From contig NMRA01000040.1 of assembly GCA_002633005.1 (NCBI GenBank), forward strand, positions 451,362 through 515,361: a stretch of DNA of 64,000 bases, given 5' to 3'. The stretch comes from Phoronis australis. Taxonomy: Eukaryota; Animalia; Phoronida. Shown piece after piece: positions 49,164 to 63,300 of this stretch (within the stretch, counting starts at the first letter, position 1; each line of letters starts with the position of its first letter). The position numbers and the translations under genes were made by a program. The notes below the pieces were generated by a model. That model was given only the letters and a program-made list of their open reading frames with translations, did no database searches and was not told where the DNA came from.

Positions 49164-49779
49164 GTCTTCGTGTTCACAACAAAGCTGTCGTCGTCGTTTA
49201 TAATGGAGTGATGCGTCGACACAAGCTAATCCTCATGTAATTTATCGACTTGGAAACGATTAATGAGTACTCCCGACAAATTGACGCAGTGACGGTATAG
49301 AGAACACGGTGGAAACAAACGTTCAAAAGCATACTTATTAATCCCGGAATCACAGACTTCCCTTGGGTGAGAGGTCTCTTGTCTTTAAAAATACCATCGC
49401 CTCGAGCGAAGAGATTTCCAACAATTCTCGACTCCGCAACTCAATTCATCAGCCGTAATATTTTTAGATCTATACTCCAAGCGTTCGGCCTAATTCCTGA
49501 GTGCTCCGTTCCACGTCAGTCTCTGCAACAAATAATTCGAGATCTGATTAAATAGCTAAAGTGCACTGCCTATTGTGCAGTCACTGTATCAGGAACGACA
49601 GATAACAGATAAAAGACACCGGCCACAGGTATATGTTTTTAAATCGCCCCGTGTAACAATGGATGTTAATCTGTCGACATGCTGACAAGCTGTATCACTG
49701 GGCAAATTCTTAATTAGTACCGTCAACTGCAACCGTCGGAGAGACCAAAACCAACAACGCTCCGCTCTCCGCTCAAACG

Positions 49780-49880
49780 TAGATCGATTGGCTGGCGAAG
49801 GAAACCCGTGATTCTATTTATAGTGCGTTACCTTACAAGTTTTTCCCCTAGTAAAGCAAATAATTCTTGTGACGTCATCG
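49780..49880 (-). promoter_or_regulatory. Candidate FGF core promoter
   Basis: Minus-strand TATAAATAG at ~49822-49814, with a perfect CRE TGACGTCA at 49870-49877 about 50 bp upstream. Confidence 0.45.
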
Positions 49881-50903
49881 GGCTTGGACCAAGTGGACTG
49901 TGTCAGCGAGATTTCACAGGATGAGGAAATCCTGGCTAGATTTTCGTCAACAAGAGATCAAAAAAGCAGACGACAACTAAAAACTCTCGTCGGGCAACTT
50001 GAAATCAAGGTCAGTTCACGTTCAATTCGCCCCACTACACTATAAATTAATGCCGGTCGGCTGCCTGGCCAGCAACAGACGATGTTTTGTTAGAAAATAA
50101 AGCCTGACTTTGAAGTGTGAGTAATTAGAATATCCTTATGACAACGTTGCATAATCTATGACAATTTTCCGATACCAAATAAACGAACAGAGTTCACGGC
50201 TGAGCGAAGCCGATAGAAATCGTATGAATTGCACAGAAATAATCCATATAGGTTACGTAACAGACGTACGATAATTAACACTTAATTGTTAGCGCCGAAC
50301 ATCGAAGATGACTGAACATGAGATGTAAAGCAGCTTGCGACTTCGGTGAACTCACCAGTGTCAAAAACGTCACATGAAAATCAATGATCACAAAACACCT
50401 GTTTTTGGAATGCATGTCGATATTTTGATCAAATAAGGGAAATCATGCATAAGACCTTTTCCGTCAAAATATTAACATTTGCCGAATTCTCTCCAAAGCG
50501 AAGAAAGAAACGACTTGATAAAATCTATAGCGCAAACTATGAATAAATTGACTTACGTTTCGAACTAGACCAGACTAATCGATGCACTTTTGTCAGTTGT
50601 CTTGTAATTAGCGCAATTATTTTTCGATTTCTCTTGTAAGTCATTGAGCGACAACTAACCACCGCTGAAAGGCACTACAGCATTCCTAAACACAACACTG
50701 ATAGAAAATAACTCATCTACATACACAACTTGCTAAAAATTAAAACCATCCACCCAAATCACAACAATGATGAAAGAAAGCATATTTATACCTTTCTGAA
50801 ATGAAACAAAAGTCGAACACGCCTTGGCAGGTAAATATAGGCCTCATACAGGTAAGCTGTGGCGATAGTTGCTATCAGCGCATGCGCAATTGAATGTTTA
50901 AAG

Positions 50904-51104
50904 ATGGCAGCCTTCAGTAAGAGACTTATCAGTCAAATACTTGGCAAGAAACCTCCGTCAAAGTTATTGATTAACACCAATGAAAGTTTTAGACAACATT
51001 CGCGCAGAACTCTGACATTACTTGGTACATTTGGGTCGCTAATAATTGGCTGGAATACTTATAAATACAGACATGACGCCAAATTTCCAGTGGTTTTCGC
51101 AAAG
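50904..51104 (+). CDS. First coding exon of a mitochondrial-targeted protein, tentatively MICU2/3-like
   Basis: AAGATGGC start; MAAFSKRLISQILGKKPPSKLLINTNESFRQHSRRTLTLLGTFGSLIIGWNTYKYRHDAKFPVVFAK (basic presequence-like stretch, then hydrophobic segment); strong AAG/GTAAGG donor. Identity rests on synteny with the FGF, not on a domain match. Confidence 0.6.
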
Positions 51105-52440
51105 GTAAGGTTTGAGTCGAGAGTTAGTTTGTGTTAGGATATGCGTGGGCTGTTTGGCTCAGGTCTACCATGCCAAGTTTGTAGTGTTAACTGATAACAG
51201 ACACATAGATGACCACTTAACACTGTAAGCAACCTTCCTCAAATTGGGCTGGGGCCTACTTGCTTCTGTTATTATTTCTGCATCGCAAGGATTGTGGTGA
51301 ACTGAAAACAAAATTTCTAGACCTAAGACAAGTCTACAGTCTGCACTACAGACTTAAGTCATAGTTAGGTGGCGGCACATTCTAGTCCATCTTATATGCC
51401 GGAAGATTTTCTTGAAGTTATGGTTAACCCTATCTAAACGGTAACAGTTACATCAGGCCCACTAATACTATGTGTACTGTTTGACAGTAGATAGACACCT
51501 TCCCACAGTCACAATCAACATTTTTTTAGAATAATCCTTCATTCTGTCATCAAATATACTCGAGGTCAAACAAAAACGTACAGAGGGTGATAGTGAGGTC
51601 ACCCGTCTGCCAGCCAAGCCGAGAGGAGGCGGCACAGAGGGGGTGGGGTACCTGTCTAAACCACAACATTTTGTGGGAGTGACTATCACCAGGAATGATC
51701 TCTTGTGTAAACTATGAAGGGGGGGGCCTACAACTGGCGCATTCCTCAACTTACTTCTGTGTAAGTTATTTAATAATACAATACGACCCCACCTACTTGT
51801 ATTTGTAATAACTTGAGTTAATAAGTTTACTCTTGCCTGTGCTCTTGAGAACTTGAGAGAATATGTGAGTTCATACTATTCAAATGGAGTGTCAATAATT
51901 CAAGTGCTGTAATAACGTGTCATGGATGTCCTATTAAAAGTCAACATACAGCCTATGAAAAGCAAGAGACGAAGATGCTACAGTTCTACAGTACTTCGTC
52001 ATATAGTCTTCAATGAATTTCCACAAACAGGTCTTATAGGTCCAATATAGGCCAACGGGTCTTTATTCGGAAAATTTTCCGAATTTAAGCCCATTTGTAA
52101 ATGATGAAATTCCGTTTTACCATGTCAGAGCGATGAATAACACAAAAATCTTCTGGTAATCGTCGTACTCTTTACGGTACATTGATGCCGCAGCACCATT
52201 CTTTTAATGAGTAGCTGCAAACCATTTTTATTATTTCGTTAAATGAGAGAAAACAACCTCACCTTCTTCAGAAAGAATAAATAACTTAAACGTGTCTGCT
52301 GCAAAAGGATTTTTTTGGCCAGAATCAGTCTTGCGAAACGAATTTGATGGATTACATTCATAATTTTTGGTAATTAAAAACCAAAAATATTATAATTATG
52401 GTGTCTGCTATTGAAATACGTGAATTCCGTGTAATTCAGT

Positions 52441-52605
52441 GAAAGAAGTTTTGATTCCTTGAATTTTGTCCGTTTTCCTTAACCACAGGGAATTTGAAAG
52501 AAGTCTGGATTTCTTGAATTTTGTCCGTTTTCCTTAACCACAGGCAATTTGAAAGAAGTCTCGATTCCTTGAATTTTGTCCGTTTTCCTTAACCACGTGA
52601 AATTA
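52441..52605. repeat. 55-bp tandem repeat, ~3 copies
   Basis: GAAAGAAGT...TTGAATTTTGTCCGTTTTCCTTAACCAC units at 52441, 52496, 52551. Confidence 0.92.
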
Positions 52606-55600
52606 GGGTCTCTAGCTTGATTCTGGCCTGAATGCTTGCGCATGTGGTACATGTCCCAATGTAATAGTCACATTTGTTGCAAGCTGCAATCTTGCGTTTA
52701 AGTGACAATTTTGCTACTTTAAGATTAGCCCCATGACCTTTGTTGGTAGATCTAAAAGCCAAGGCTGCTGGTAGCCTAGTGTTTTAATGTATTTAACTGG
52801 TGTGACCATCTATGAGACCTATTTCAATCAATTTTGAATGACTGGAAGCCAACGTTGGGATTAATGATTTCTAACGAATTCGCAAAATTACAATAGATTT
52901 TACATCGAAGTTAATAACTTCAAGGTGATTATAAAACATACGCTACAATAATCCGAAAAATGCGTTTTAGGCCCTAAAACCTATTTTGTCTGTTAAAGAA
53001 CTTTAAAACTCGAAAGTCAAAACTTGGCTTAACCTTGCCCATGAAATGGTTGCGCACCCCACACCCTTTTTGTGTTGACACACACCCTTGTTGTGACCAT
53101 GAAAGATTCAGAACAGTTTCATGAAAATTGACTTAAAAGCACAGATTTGGACTTTTCCAAGCACATTAATCATGTACTTGAATTAAAGGTGCATCTCACC
53201 TACTCCCCACTTGTACCATCACCACAGTATTCTAATATCGGACGAGCTACTGTCATCGGACACAGTCTAAGCTGAAGGAAATACTAGATTGTAGTGATTG
53301 TTTCCGTGGCCACAGCAGACACGCCAATGTTGTCGTCTGTTCATGATGTCACGTGATGCAAATCTGCTAGTATTACGCTGTCCGTTCATAGAACACATTG
53401 TTGGTGAGCAATCTGGTTGACCTGAGAAGGTTTGTCTCGAGTATATGTATTTTATCAAATCATTATTTAAGGATGTTTAACATTGATTCAACTTTTTAAA
53501 TGTTTTAGTCTGAAATTAAACATTCCCTTTTCCAAGATTAAATATTTTTTCACAGTTTAGCAATAAGTTTTATAAATCATTTGAGTAATTAGCAATTATG
53601 TTGTTATTGTCTGTGACTTAGTACTAAAAACATTACTCGATAGAATTTCACTTGTCAACCATGTTGCCCGGTAAATATCAGAAGAATTACTGTACCTTTT
53701 ACAAAAATTGTTCGACTGGAGGACTTGGCCAAATAATGCACAAAGCCAGATGTTATCAACATATGCCCTATGTTCTTGCTGTCACAGAATTTTAAATTTC
53801 AAATAGAAATTTTGTTTATTTATGAGATATCATGACGTTTGTCCTAAATGAGTGCGTTTTTTGGCTTTATTTCACTATTAATTATGACTGGTATTAATTA
53901 TAACTGGTGGGATATGTTTTGTTGCGCTTGTCACACTGTTTTGTTGTAGCAACAAAACACAATTAGAAAATTAGTGTCACATTACAAAGTTATAATGCAT
54001 TGTCACTTTGAGTCATATTAATTTATAGCCACTATTTAAGGCTAGAATCAAACAAAATAATTTATCGGCTGAGTGCAATTTAGATACCATTTTGACACCA
54101 TTAGTTAAAATTGACAATGACTCACTAATTGGAATCTAAGGGGGTGTAAGACTGTCAACATTTATTTGACCTTTGTCTTCCGCATTATTACACTATTTAC
54201 AGTTGTCAATTATGGGAAATGGTGTCAACCAACCCAGGGCTTATGTAAAAATAATAGTGTCACAGTTATACTTGTAACTTAGCGTAAAATTAATACAAAT
54301 AAGCTTATCCCCGAAATATGCTTGACATCTGTGGTCATCTTTGGTACGAGTGACGCGTATGAGGTGAACATCAGAGTGACCACTACATTGATTTGCAGTG
54401 CCATCTGTTGGAAAGCCTTGGAAAATCATGCTTTACTTGTGATCATGCGCGACGATTTTGCTCCCGCGTTGACCAATATTGGCTGACAATCTTCCACTAG
54501 CACTCGGCACCACGTATTTTTTGGAACTCGATCTCGATTGAGCGTTAACCAATAACTGTCATAATGTTCAACTGATGAGTTGAAATAGAAATGAAAGGAA
54601 TGGTAGGGTAACAACAGTGGCTTATGGTTTCAGATTACTGTACTTAAGCTTCCGGTCATGTACATTGACTTGGCTGAACTCATTGATTCAAGCTAAACCT
54701 AGGTGCATCAAGTGCAGTTTTGCTGTCTCTACTGGTTAACAACATAACAAGTGGACGTTGGTCATCTCACTCATTAATCGCTTACCTTTGCGGTCAATTT
54801 GGTCGGAAGTCATGGCAAGTGCAAATGTTTGAGCAGACTCCGGCAATTGAAAAACGTAAGATTTATTTGATTTCTAGGCGGAAGGTGAAACCAAAACGTC
54901 TGTGTCAGACGCTTACGAATGGCTCGAGTACTGCCCACTGTAAGATTAAACAAGCTGAGGAATGCTTTAAGGTTACACAAAAAGAATCAACTCCCGGTCT
55001 TTGTTTGTTGATCACTGTAAAGTGTTTGACAACATTTGTACTAGCTACAAGCAGGGCCACACTGTCTCAATCCCCTGCATTAGAATGAATGACAATGAAA
55101 GGTAATGAGCATAATGTACTCTAGTTGAGTGATTTAAGAATTAAGTTATGCAGCCAGGAATTTTCACAGGGGCAGACTTAAGAGAGATCGAGTTCAAGTA
55201 TTGTTTGTTTAAAAGTACAAAAGCTTTTGATTGTCAATATCGTGGTAGCAGGCGTTCATTGAATAGAATTGGGTCCAGGGTACTCGATTTCGGTCAGATA
55301 GGTTGAAATCTATTTCTCTACAGTGCAAACAATTTAAAAATTATTGTAATGGCATGGATAATTGGGCATAATTCCTCACAAGATTAATTGACCCAGCCTG
55401 TGTCTGTATAGTACTCAGCATTGATGTATATTTTGGCAACACACTTACTACCGAGCAACAGGGCTATGTCTTTTGACAACCAGATCTGAACTCAATTTTG
55501 CCCTGTTTGAGCTTTGTCATGACGTGAAACATTTCAAACATGAACCTGTCAGTTACATTCGATAACTTCCAAGATGATGGATACTCGGGCATGGGCCGGA

Positions 55601-58600
55601 GGTAAAATATTCTAGATCAAAACGTTTCACACCAAATTTAGCGGGAATTTGTGAGCAGTGATCTTCCTAACTGGATGAAAGCCTGGGAATCGGGGACCTG
55701 TAGAGGAAAGTCGACTTTCCTTAAGATCCAATTTATGATTTGAAGTTTTGAATCTCCAAGGCCACCATCAATTTAATAATATGGAATTTTTTGATACAGT
55801 TTTAAAAACGTGGTCATCTATCAGATATTTTAAAGGACATAAGTAAGCACTTGTAAAGGCATCTCAGATGTACAAAGCTTTACTGACAAAAAATACTTGT
55901 TGCATGATATGCTCCTAAAACGTTTCTGGTTTTTGCCTGCTTTTGTTAGACTCAGCAAAAAATGATGTCCTTTGGTTAACTATTTTATAGTTACTATAAA
56001 GTGATTTCTAAAAAGTGCTATAGACCACCAACACTATTGTCCCTTTCACAACTTTTTGGTGATCTTGTCTAGCACATAACCTCTTACCTGTTATAGCACA
56101 CCTTTACAACTCGTGGCAAATGTAAGTCAACACCTTCATCATTGCCCCCGTCTGTATTTTACACTGCCCACATGACAATGCTTTAAGGTTTCTCAAAATT
56201 ATGTTCCTTTCATTGAGCCTAGCCATTGACAAAACTGGCCAACTTACACAGCACCGGGTGCTGAGTATTGGATTCTTTCATAAATATTTTTTCTTGCACG
56301 CCAGCGCTTTATGAATGAACGGTGGTAGGTGTAATTTTCTACTTAGTGGTGTGCATGCCCCAGTCATGTTTGTTGGCATTTCCAGGCCTCTTTGTGCGCA
56401 TAATTCGCATACCCGGCCATTGTGTCTGTGTGTGCTCAATGGGGGCGATACATATAAAATATTTGCCAACCTGTTTCAAACCATATTGGTGGAAAAAAAC
56501 ATTATGCCGCCATTGTCTAACACGTGCTGTAGTTGATATAATATTACAACATCGTACCATTACAGCAATCTGATAACTGCTACATACTAGCGACACACCA
56601 TTCTTTATTTCTGTTGTTTACCCCGGGCTGACTTGCCTATTGTGCCGTTCCGCCGAAAACATCTCAAAAATGTGCTAAACTCACAGTCTTGACAAAGGGT
56701 GCTCAAATCCCAGGTGTTTCCTCAGGTTCCACGCGTACTCCAAAACCTTGACTGTGGGCAGGGAAAAATAACATCCTACCTTTGTTGTCTTCCCAGCTGG
56801 CCCTGAATCCACTGAAAGTGGTCAATATCCTGTTTATTGCCCTCTAGAAGCAGTGTCTCCAAGCTCTGCCTCCACTGATCCTCTTGTCAATAATCCCTAT
56901 GACTGTTCACTGGTGTATGGGCTGGTGTCAAATTGTCAACTTACTTTAAGAGAAAGTCTGTTTTTGTTCTCCTGTGGTTAGTCTTCTAATGCTCTACAAT
57001 CTAGGGCCTAAGTGCTGCCTTTGTGAGGAGTTCTATTGTAAGTGACATAACAGGGCCCTTGTTACATATCTCCCCCACCTCTTTGTTGGCAGATTTTTGT
57101 TTGCTTGTTTGCCTGACTTGTGAATAGTTCTGTTAATTGCATGCAATTGGGCCACTGGAAACATTTTTGCATTGCATGATTAGCAACAATAATTGTGCCA
57201 ATTATCACATTTTGCCCAATTAACTCCTGGGGCTGACTTGGAGGTGAGGGGCAACTTTAAGACCTTGACCTCATGTCAACACTTTGTTGCAAATTACCTG
57301 CTGGTTAAGTACATACCAAACTGTTATGTTTGTGCACTGCATGTAAATGTTTCGATGTTTTCTATGTGGTAGTTTAGTTCAATGGATCGTGGGTATGTTA
57401 AAAAATGGTTACCCACGGGGAAACTAGGCCGCACTTAGTTTTTATTACAATAAAGATAATGGTACACTTTTATCGGTTACTGGCTAATGTGAGCCCAGGT
57501 ACGATATTTGTGCAACCTGTATTGTTATATCGAACAAAGGAAAAACAAAAGGAAAACGATGGTAGTGTCCCTTAGGTGATAACCATGCGACGCGCTTATG
57601 CCCAGCGGATGGATCTTGCAAGTTAAACAATAGCTTGCGACCTCCATGCGATGTCATTTGGCATGGGTATAGCTCATCCCGAAATACCACATTGCCATAG
57701 ATCTCTGTTTGTGTGGTGTTTGTCCCCTTGTACTGTGTGTCAGTAAGGCACTCGCCCCTTAGTTGTACACTACTGCCATGTTAATAACACTTTTACTGCA
57801 AAATGTGTTGTTCTAATGCGAGTAAAGTTTTACAGGTGTACATTGCTGATATACTTGTCTTTTCTTGTTTGTCTCTAGCTTAGTTTTCAAAATAATTGAG
57901 CTGCTAAACATTTCTGTGCAGTCATCCAATGTGTTTTCTACAGCCACGAAAGAGGAAAGTTCAGTTTGGATAATACCAGTCCATTCACTCCTGAGTGGAA
58001 CCTGATCGCATTTGGGGAAGCTTGCACTTATTGATCTCCGCTATAATAAAACCGTGGTCCCCAAGGACTGTCAGATAGCATCCTTTCGAATGCAAAATTT
58101 ATCTGCGCGGTTTCTGGTTCCATTTCACCTTGCTCCGATTATTTTTCGTGAAGGCACACTTTGGTTGTGCTTTAATAGCTGTATTCAGACCAACAAAACC
58201 TACTTGTAGCACTTCCTGTAGTTGTAACTGTTTTGTAACTGATCACACTTTGTAGCCATACTTTCTGGCTTTCCTTAGTGAGATGAAATTTCTCCAAGTA
58301 TGTTGCTTTGTCAGTGCTTTCAGTTTTGTTTGATTCTTGTTCGCGCACTACAGATGGCAATTCTTATTAAATCAGTGCGAAATTTACACATAGCGTGTCT
58401 CATAAATGGCTCGAAGCCTATTGTTTTTCGTCATGATCAGATTCAAGATGGTGGATGTGGCGGCCATTTTATTTTTAAATTCAGGTTCAATGCTCATAGA
58501 GGCCGCAATTTTTGATGTACGACGCTGAAAATCTGTACGATTGTTGTACCAGATGTGTACTACATATGTGCCATAATCAAAGGTGACGGAAATATCGGCC

Positions 58601-59049
58601 ATTGCGTTTGGGCACCTCGATTTCAGGACGAAAAACTTTTGTCGATCTCACCTTTAAAATTTCAATTTTCTTTCACCAAGTGTCGCTCTTCAGAGCACTT
58701 TCGTTGTTATTTGTCAATGACATAGCTTTCCGATTCACCTCAGTTAATTCCCCAGTGCGCATTTGTTTCCTAAGAGATTTGACAATAGCACTACCTAGAG
58801 AGTTATAACTTTTACAAGTGCTGTGTTCTTACTGAGTTATGTCAGTTATAACTTCTCCTTAATCACCCACCCACTTTTGTGGGGACAGCCCTCCTCAATA
58901 TCAAGTAGTTTTGATATGTACATTGGACTTTGATATCAGCTCATGTTTTGCCGAAAATTGCCGGAATGACCATCACACAACCTTGATTAAAGCAACTTTG
59001 AAAATGGAATCCGGATAGTGCAGTGGTGCTTAAAAATTGTCATTGCAAA

Positions 59050-60310
59050 ACAAGACAGGATGGGATATTGGTTGAAGAAAAACAACATTGGAAACAGCCG
59101 TCAGATGTCATAGTGAAATGAAGCAAGCTTAAACACTAGTCTAGGTTGTGTGTTGCTGAGTGAAATAAAACAACATTAAAAACATGAGTTAAGATGGCAC
59201 ACAACTGAGTGAAATGAAAAAAAAATTGAAACCGAAACTACAAATTGAGGTCTTGTATGCCACAGGAAATGAAACGACGTGGAAAACATGAGTCGTGGTT
59301 GCACCGTTGTTGCTTGAAAACATCAAGTCAAAATGGTATACTGCTGGTTGTATTGAAACAACTCAGGAATCACAAGTCAAGATAGCATGCTGATGCTTGA
59401 AATGAAACCAGCTTGAAAACCTTAGTCAGTATAGTGTGTTACTGCATGAAACAAAACATCTTTAAACATAAGGTCAAAATGTTATGTCATGGCTTGAAAT
59501 CAATCAATTGTGAAAAGACAAACCAAAATCAGATATTATCCCTTGACGTAAAACTACATTGAAATCATGAGTAAAGTTACCCTGTTGCTTCTTGAAATAA
59601 AACAACATTGTAAACACACAAAAGACCAGGCAAAATAGCAATTCGTTGCTTGGGATTAAACATTGGGTTACTACAAAATTCTCCAGTTTGGGTAGTCTTT
59701 AAAGTTTGGAACACCAAAATTCAAGTCAAAATTGAATTTTCTTGGATTCTGAAGGTTGGGGCATGGGCGATTTGTGTTTGGTATCACTTGGCAGTTAATA
59801 AAATTGTCAAAAATAGTTGCCGATCCCAATGCACCGTTTTAACATGTATAATATCGCGATCAGTGTTTCTGACTGGTGATGTGTTAAAACGCATAACCAC
59901 AAAATTGAAACATATGCAGCCGGTACTGTGCTACTTTAATTCCAGAATTTTGGACACGTGTAATTTTGTCGTCTTTCTTGAAATTTTTTGAGATGTCCAA
60001 GATTGCCAATTTTTAAAATTTGGTAAAAGCTCTGCCGTTGGGCAAAATAAATTTTTTTACCGTACATTGAAAAGACGAGTCAAGATGGCATATTGCTGCT
60101 TCAAATAAAATAAGTTTGGAAACACGGACAAGATGAAGCCATTGGTGTTTAAAATAATACAATCTTGAAAACAAGAGTCTTGATAGCGTATTGCTGCTTT
60201 CAAACGAAACAACTTCAATATCCATCATAGCTCCTTAAAATAAAAGAACCATGACACCAGTAAAAATAGCATGTTGCAGCTTGAAATAAAACATGGTAAA
60301 CATGAATTTT
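59050..60310. repeat. Old ~48-bp minisatellite in two blocks (59050-59655, 60060-60310)
   Basis: TGAAAT-AAAC anchors spaced 48-49 bp (59113, 59160, 59209; 59397, 59446, 59494, 59543, 59592); approximate consensus GCTTGAAATAAAACAACATTGAAAACATGAGTCAAGATGGCATGTTGCT. Confidence 0.7.
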
Positions 60311-63300
60311 GATAGGGCATCAATAGGATACAATTAGTGCGTGCACTCCAGGTTGACCCTTGTCTGTTCACTGACCCTGTGTTTGCTGAAGACAGATTAT
60401 TTCTGTCATAAAACCCATGTTGGTATGTAGATGTGTTGTCTTTCTGATCACTGCTATTGGTGGTCAATCAACACTCTTAAGTACCCAGCTAATTGTCTTG
60501 ACATTCTTGCCCTTATTTGTATTTGGCAGCCTCAATATCTCAGGTAATATCTATGGGACAAGGGTCCAGCTAAGTCCTGCAATGAGTGTTTCCCTTTTGT
60601 TAATCCCCATGTCTGTATTTGTAGTTCTTATTATCTGATGATTAAGGTGTTATGCAGCTGACATCAAAGAAAATGGGGCCCTGATTTATCTCTGGAATAC
60701 CAAAACATCTAGTTTTAAGATGTCTACCTGAATAGCATGCGAGGATTTACCTTAATCAGGCATGAGCATTAAAAAAATATTAAAAGTGTGTAATATGTAT
60801 TCATGATAAAATGCTTGCATGGAAGTATGATATTAATTGAAATGGGATAAAATTTGTTTTGTAATATGCTGAACGTACTCTGCGGGTGTGCTAAGCATTT
60901 CCTTTGGGCTGTGGAAAGAGCAAAAACTATAAACCATGCAAATAAAGTCAGAAACTGACCAATCATTGTTTGCCTCGATGGAGTCTTTGAGCATGCACAG
61001 ATAGTACTTAAGTATTGGAAACGATAAAAACTATCAAACATATATACTCACAAACTGGCCAATAGGTGATAATGCTTGGCTTCCTAAACTTTTGTCTAGA
61101 CTTAAATTAGTTGTATATGTATCTGGGGTTTGAGCAAACACAACTGCAAGCATAAATCCAGCAGGAATTGTGTGAAAGAATGTCTGCGAGCGAGTGGGTT
61201 TCTGGGAGATCTGGCTATCCATTCTGATGCCCCATTGTTAATTACATTCTTTGCACACAGTAAATATTGGGGAGTTAATTTTAATCAAGTATCAAATTAG
61301 CCGACAGATAACCAGCCTTTGTGGGGGCAGATGGTTATGTACTGCTCTGGAATTCTTTTTTATCTCCGCGGGTTCCTAATCTTCAGGAATGCCGGTGGGG
61401 AAGAGGGGCATAATAAATTAGGTTTTGTTTGTTTTGGGCTTGTGCACTTCAAGGGTTGAGTTCAACGTTGGGTAATTACGACTGAGGATCTTTGCTGGGA
61501 CCCTACTCATTAAAACGTGTCTCTTTCTATTCGTGTTGCAGTGTTCACCCTCAGATGGGTTATTAGAAATTGTGACTGAAGGACTGCATGACGACTTTCT
61601 GGGCATTTCACCTTGGAAGGAATTATTGATTTAGATGCAAGAAATAAAACTAAAGAAAGGAGAATCATGTGCGTGTCCTTTCTTGGAAATTGCTTTGAAG
61701 TTTCACCAGATTTGCTTCATTTTTCCAACGTAACGTTGTTCACCATTCTGCAGTATTGTAGTTCTTTGCGGACTGTGAGTTCACCAGACGTCATTGTTTA
61801 GAAGGACTCTGGTAAAGGAACTATCTCCTCATTATGGTAAATTTCACCAATTTTGGACAAAACTAGTAGGAAAGATTAGCCATTGTTCACTTTTCAAGGG
61901 GTTTTAACTATGTACATGAATGTCCACTATTTTCAAACAACTGTCCGATGGTAGCTTTAATGGCAAAACTTGAAATTTGTAAAATGTTCATTTGCTGCTG
62001 CCAACCTTTCATGTTTGTCTTAATTTAGTGATATTTTCCCGTTTTTGCTGATTGGAAGTTTTGCAACTTTTGGGCTTGCAAAACTCTTGGTTCCGCTCAC
62101 TTCTCTTTTCTAGCTGGTGCACAAACCTGGCAACAGGAGCGTATGCTTGGCCAAAGACTTCAAAAATCTTGCACAAATTTTCCCATTTCATAAAGCTAGT
62201 GTAGCTGGCTGCTTAAAAAAACGAGCTTGAACACACAAAGTGCCCGTTTCCACACCATACACGCCATTTGCATGCAATTGCAGTGTGCCAATAGACAGCG
62301 CATTCCCTCTGACATAAGTTCCAGGTTCTTAAAATTGGTGAATAGGAGGTGTCCAATGGTTCGATTGTTTTTACGAATCTGGAATGTGAGGAGTACCTGA
62401 ATTTCTTGTAGAATTTCAAATGTCAAGCTTGCAAGCAGTGAAGGTTTAAGAAAACCAGTGACAGTTAAAAATGGTTCAAAGGGCCTGCAAATTGAACTTT
62501 TTCATTGGGAATAGAGTAAAAAAATCAAACGAATCATGTTTGTATTCTTCACATGTCGTAAAAATTGCAAAATGCCCAACCAACCTAACAGTTAACAATT
62601 TCTGATATAATTGGAAGAGTTAAATTCAATGGGGTCTCAAAAAATATAAAGTGCCTACTGTATTATTTAAATATGGTCCCTGAAAAGTGAAGGCTAATGG
62701 CTGATGTGTGAAATTGGTTTTAGAAAGTTGCATTTTGGAAAGTGTAGAACTTAAGAAACTTTTAAGTTCGGATTACACCACAGGTTGTTTTTTGCAATAA
62801 TGACTTGTTTAATGTTAAGTATTTGTGTCTTTATCATTTAACACTGAAAACATTATCATTTCATTTTTTTGAAATAACAGTTGTGACTTGGCAAGAGTCA
62901 TGTTTTGGCTTTTTCTGTGGTTATTATTTAAAATTCAAATCGTAGCTATTTAAAAGGCACTTTGATCAAAATCTGCTTTCTTGATTGGTCAGTGCTACAG
63001 GACGTGGTTGTATTTCCAGCCAAGATAGGTTATGCAACGCGTGCGCTGCACGAGACTTTTGAAAACATATAATGTGTGTATGTGTGATATTGATTCTGAA
63101 CATTCTTAAAACTAACCACTTACTCACGTGAGCAAATGATTTTTGTTTGAAACATATAACATTAAAAGGAACCATAATGCATTTTCACATGGCAATGATT
63201 CTGCATTCAAATAGCTGTTCAGCCCTCGACAGTCTGAAAATTACCAGGTCATCATTCGTGACCAGACCAAAGTCTCAACTCTGAAATCCACAATCCAGCT

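Noticed and set aside
57944-58020. Candidate second exon of the 50904 gene after TTTCTACAG
   Set aside because: Phase-0 reading hits TAA after nine codons (PRKRKVQFG).
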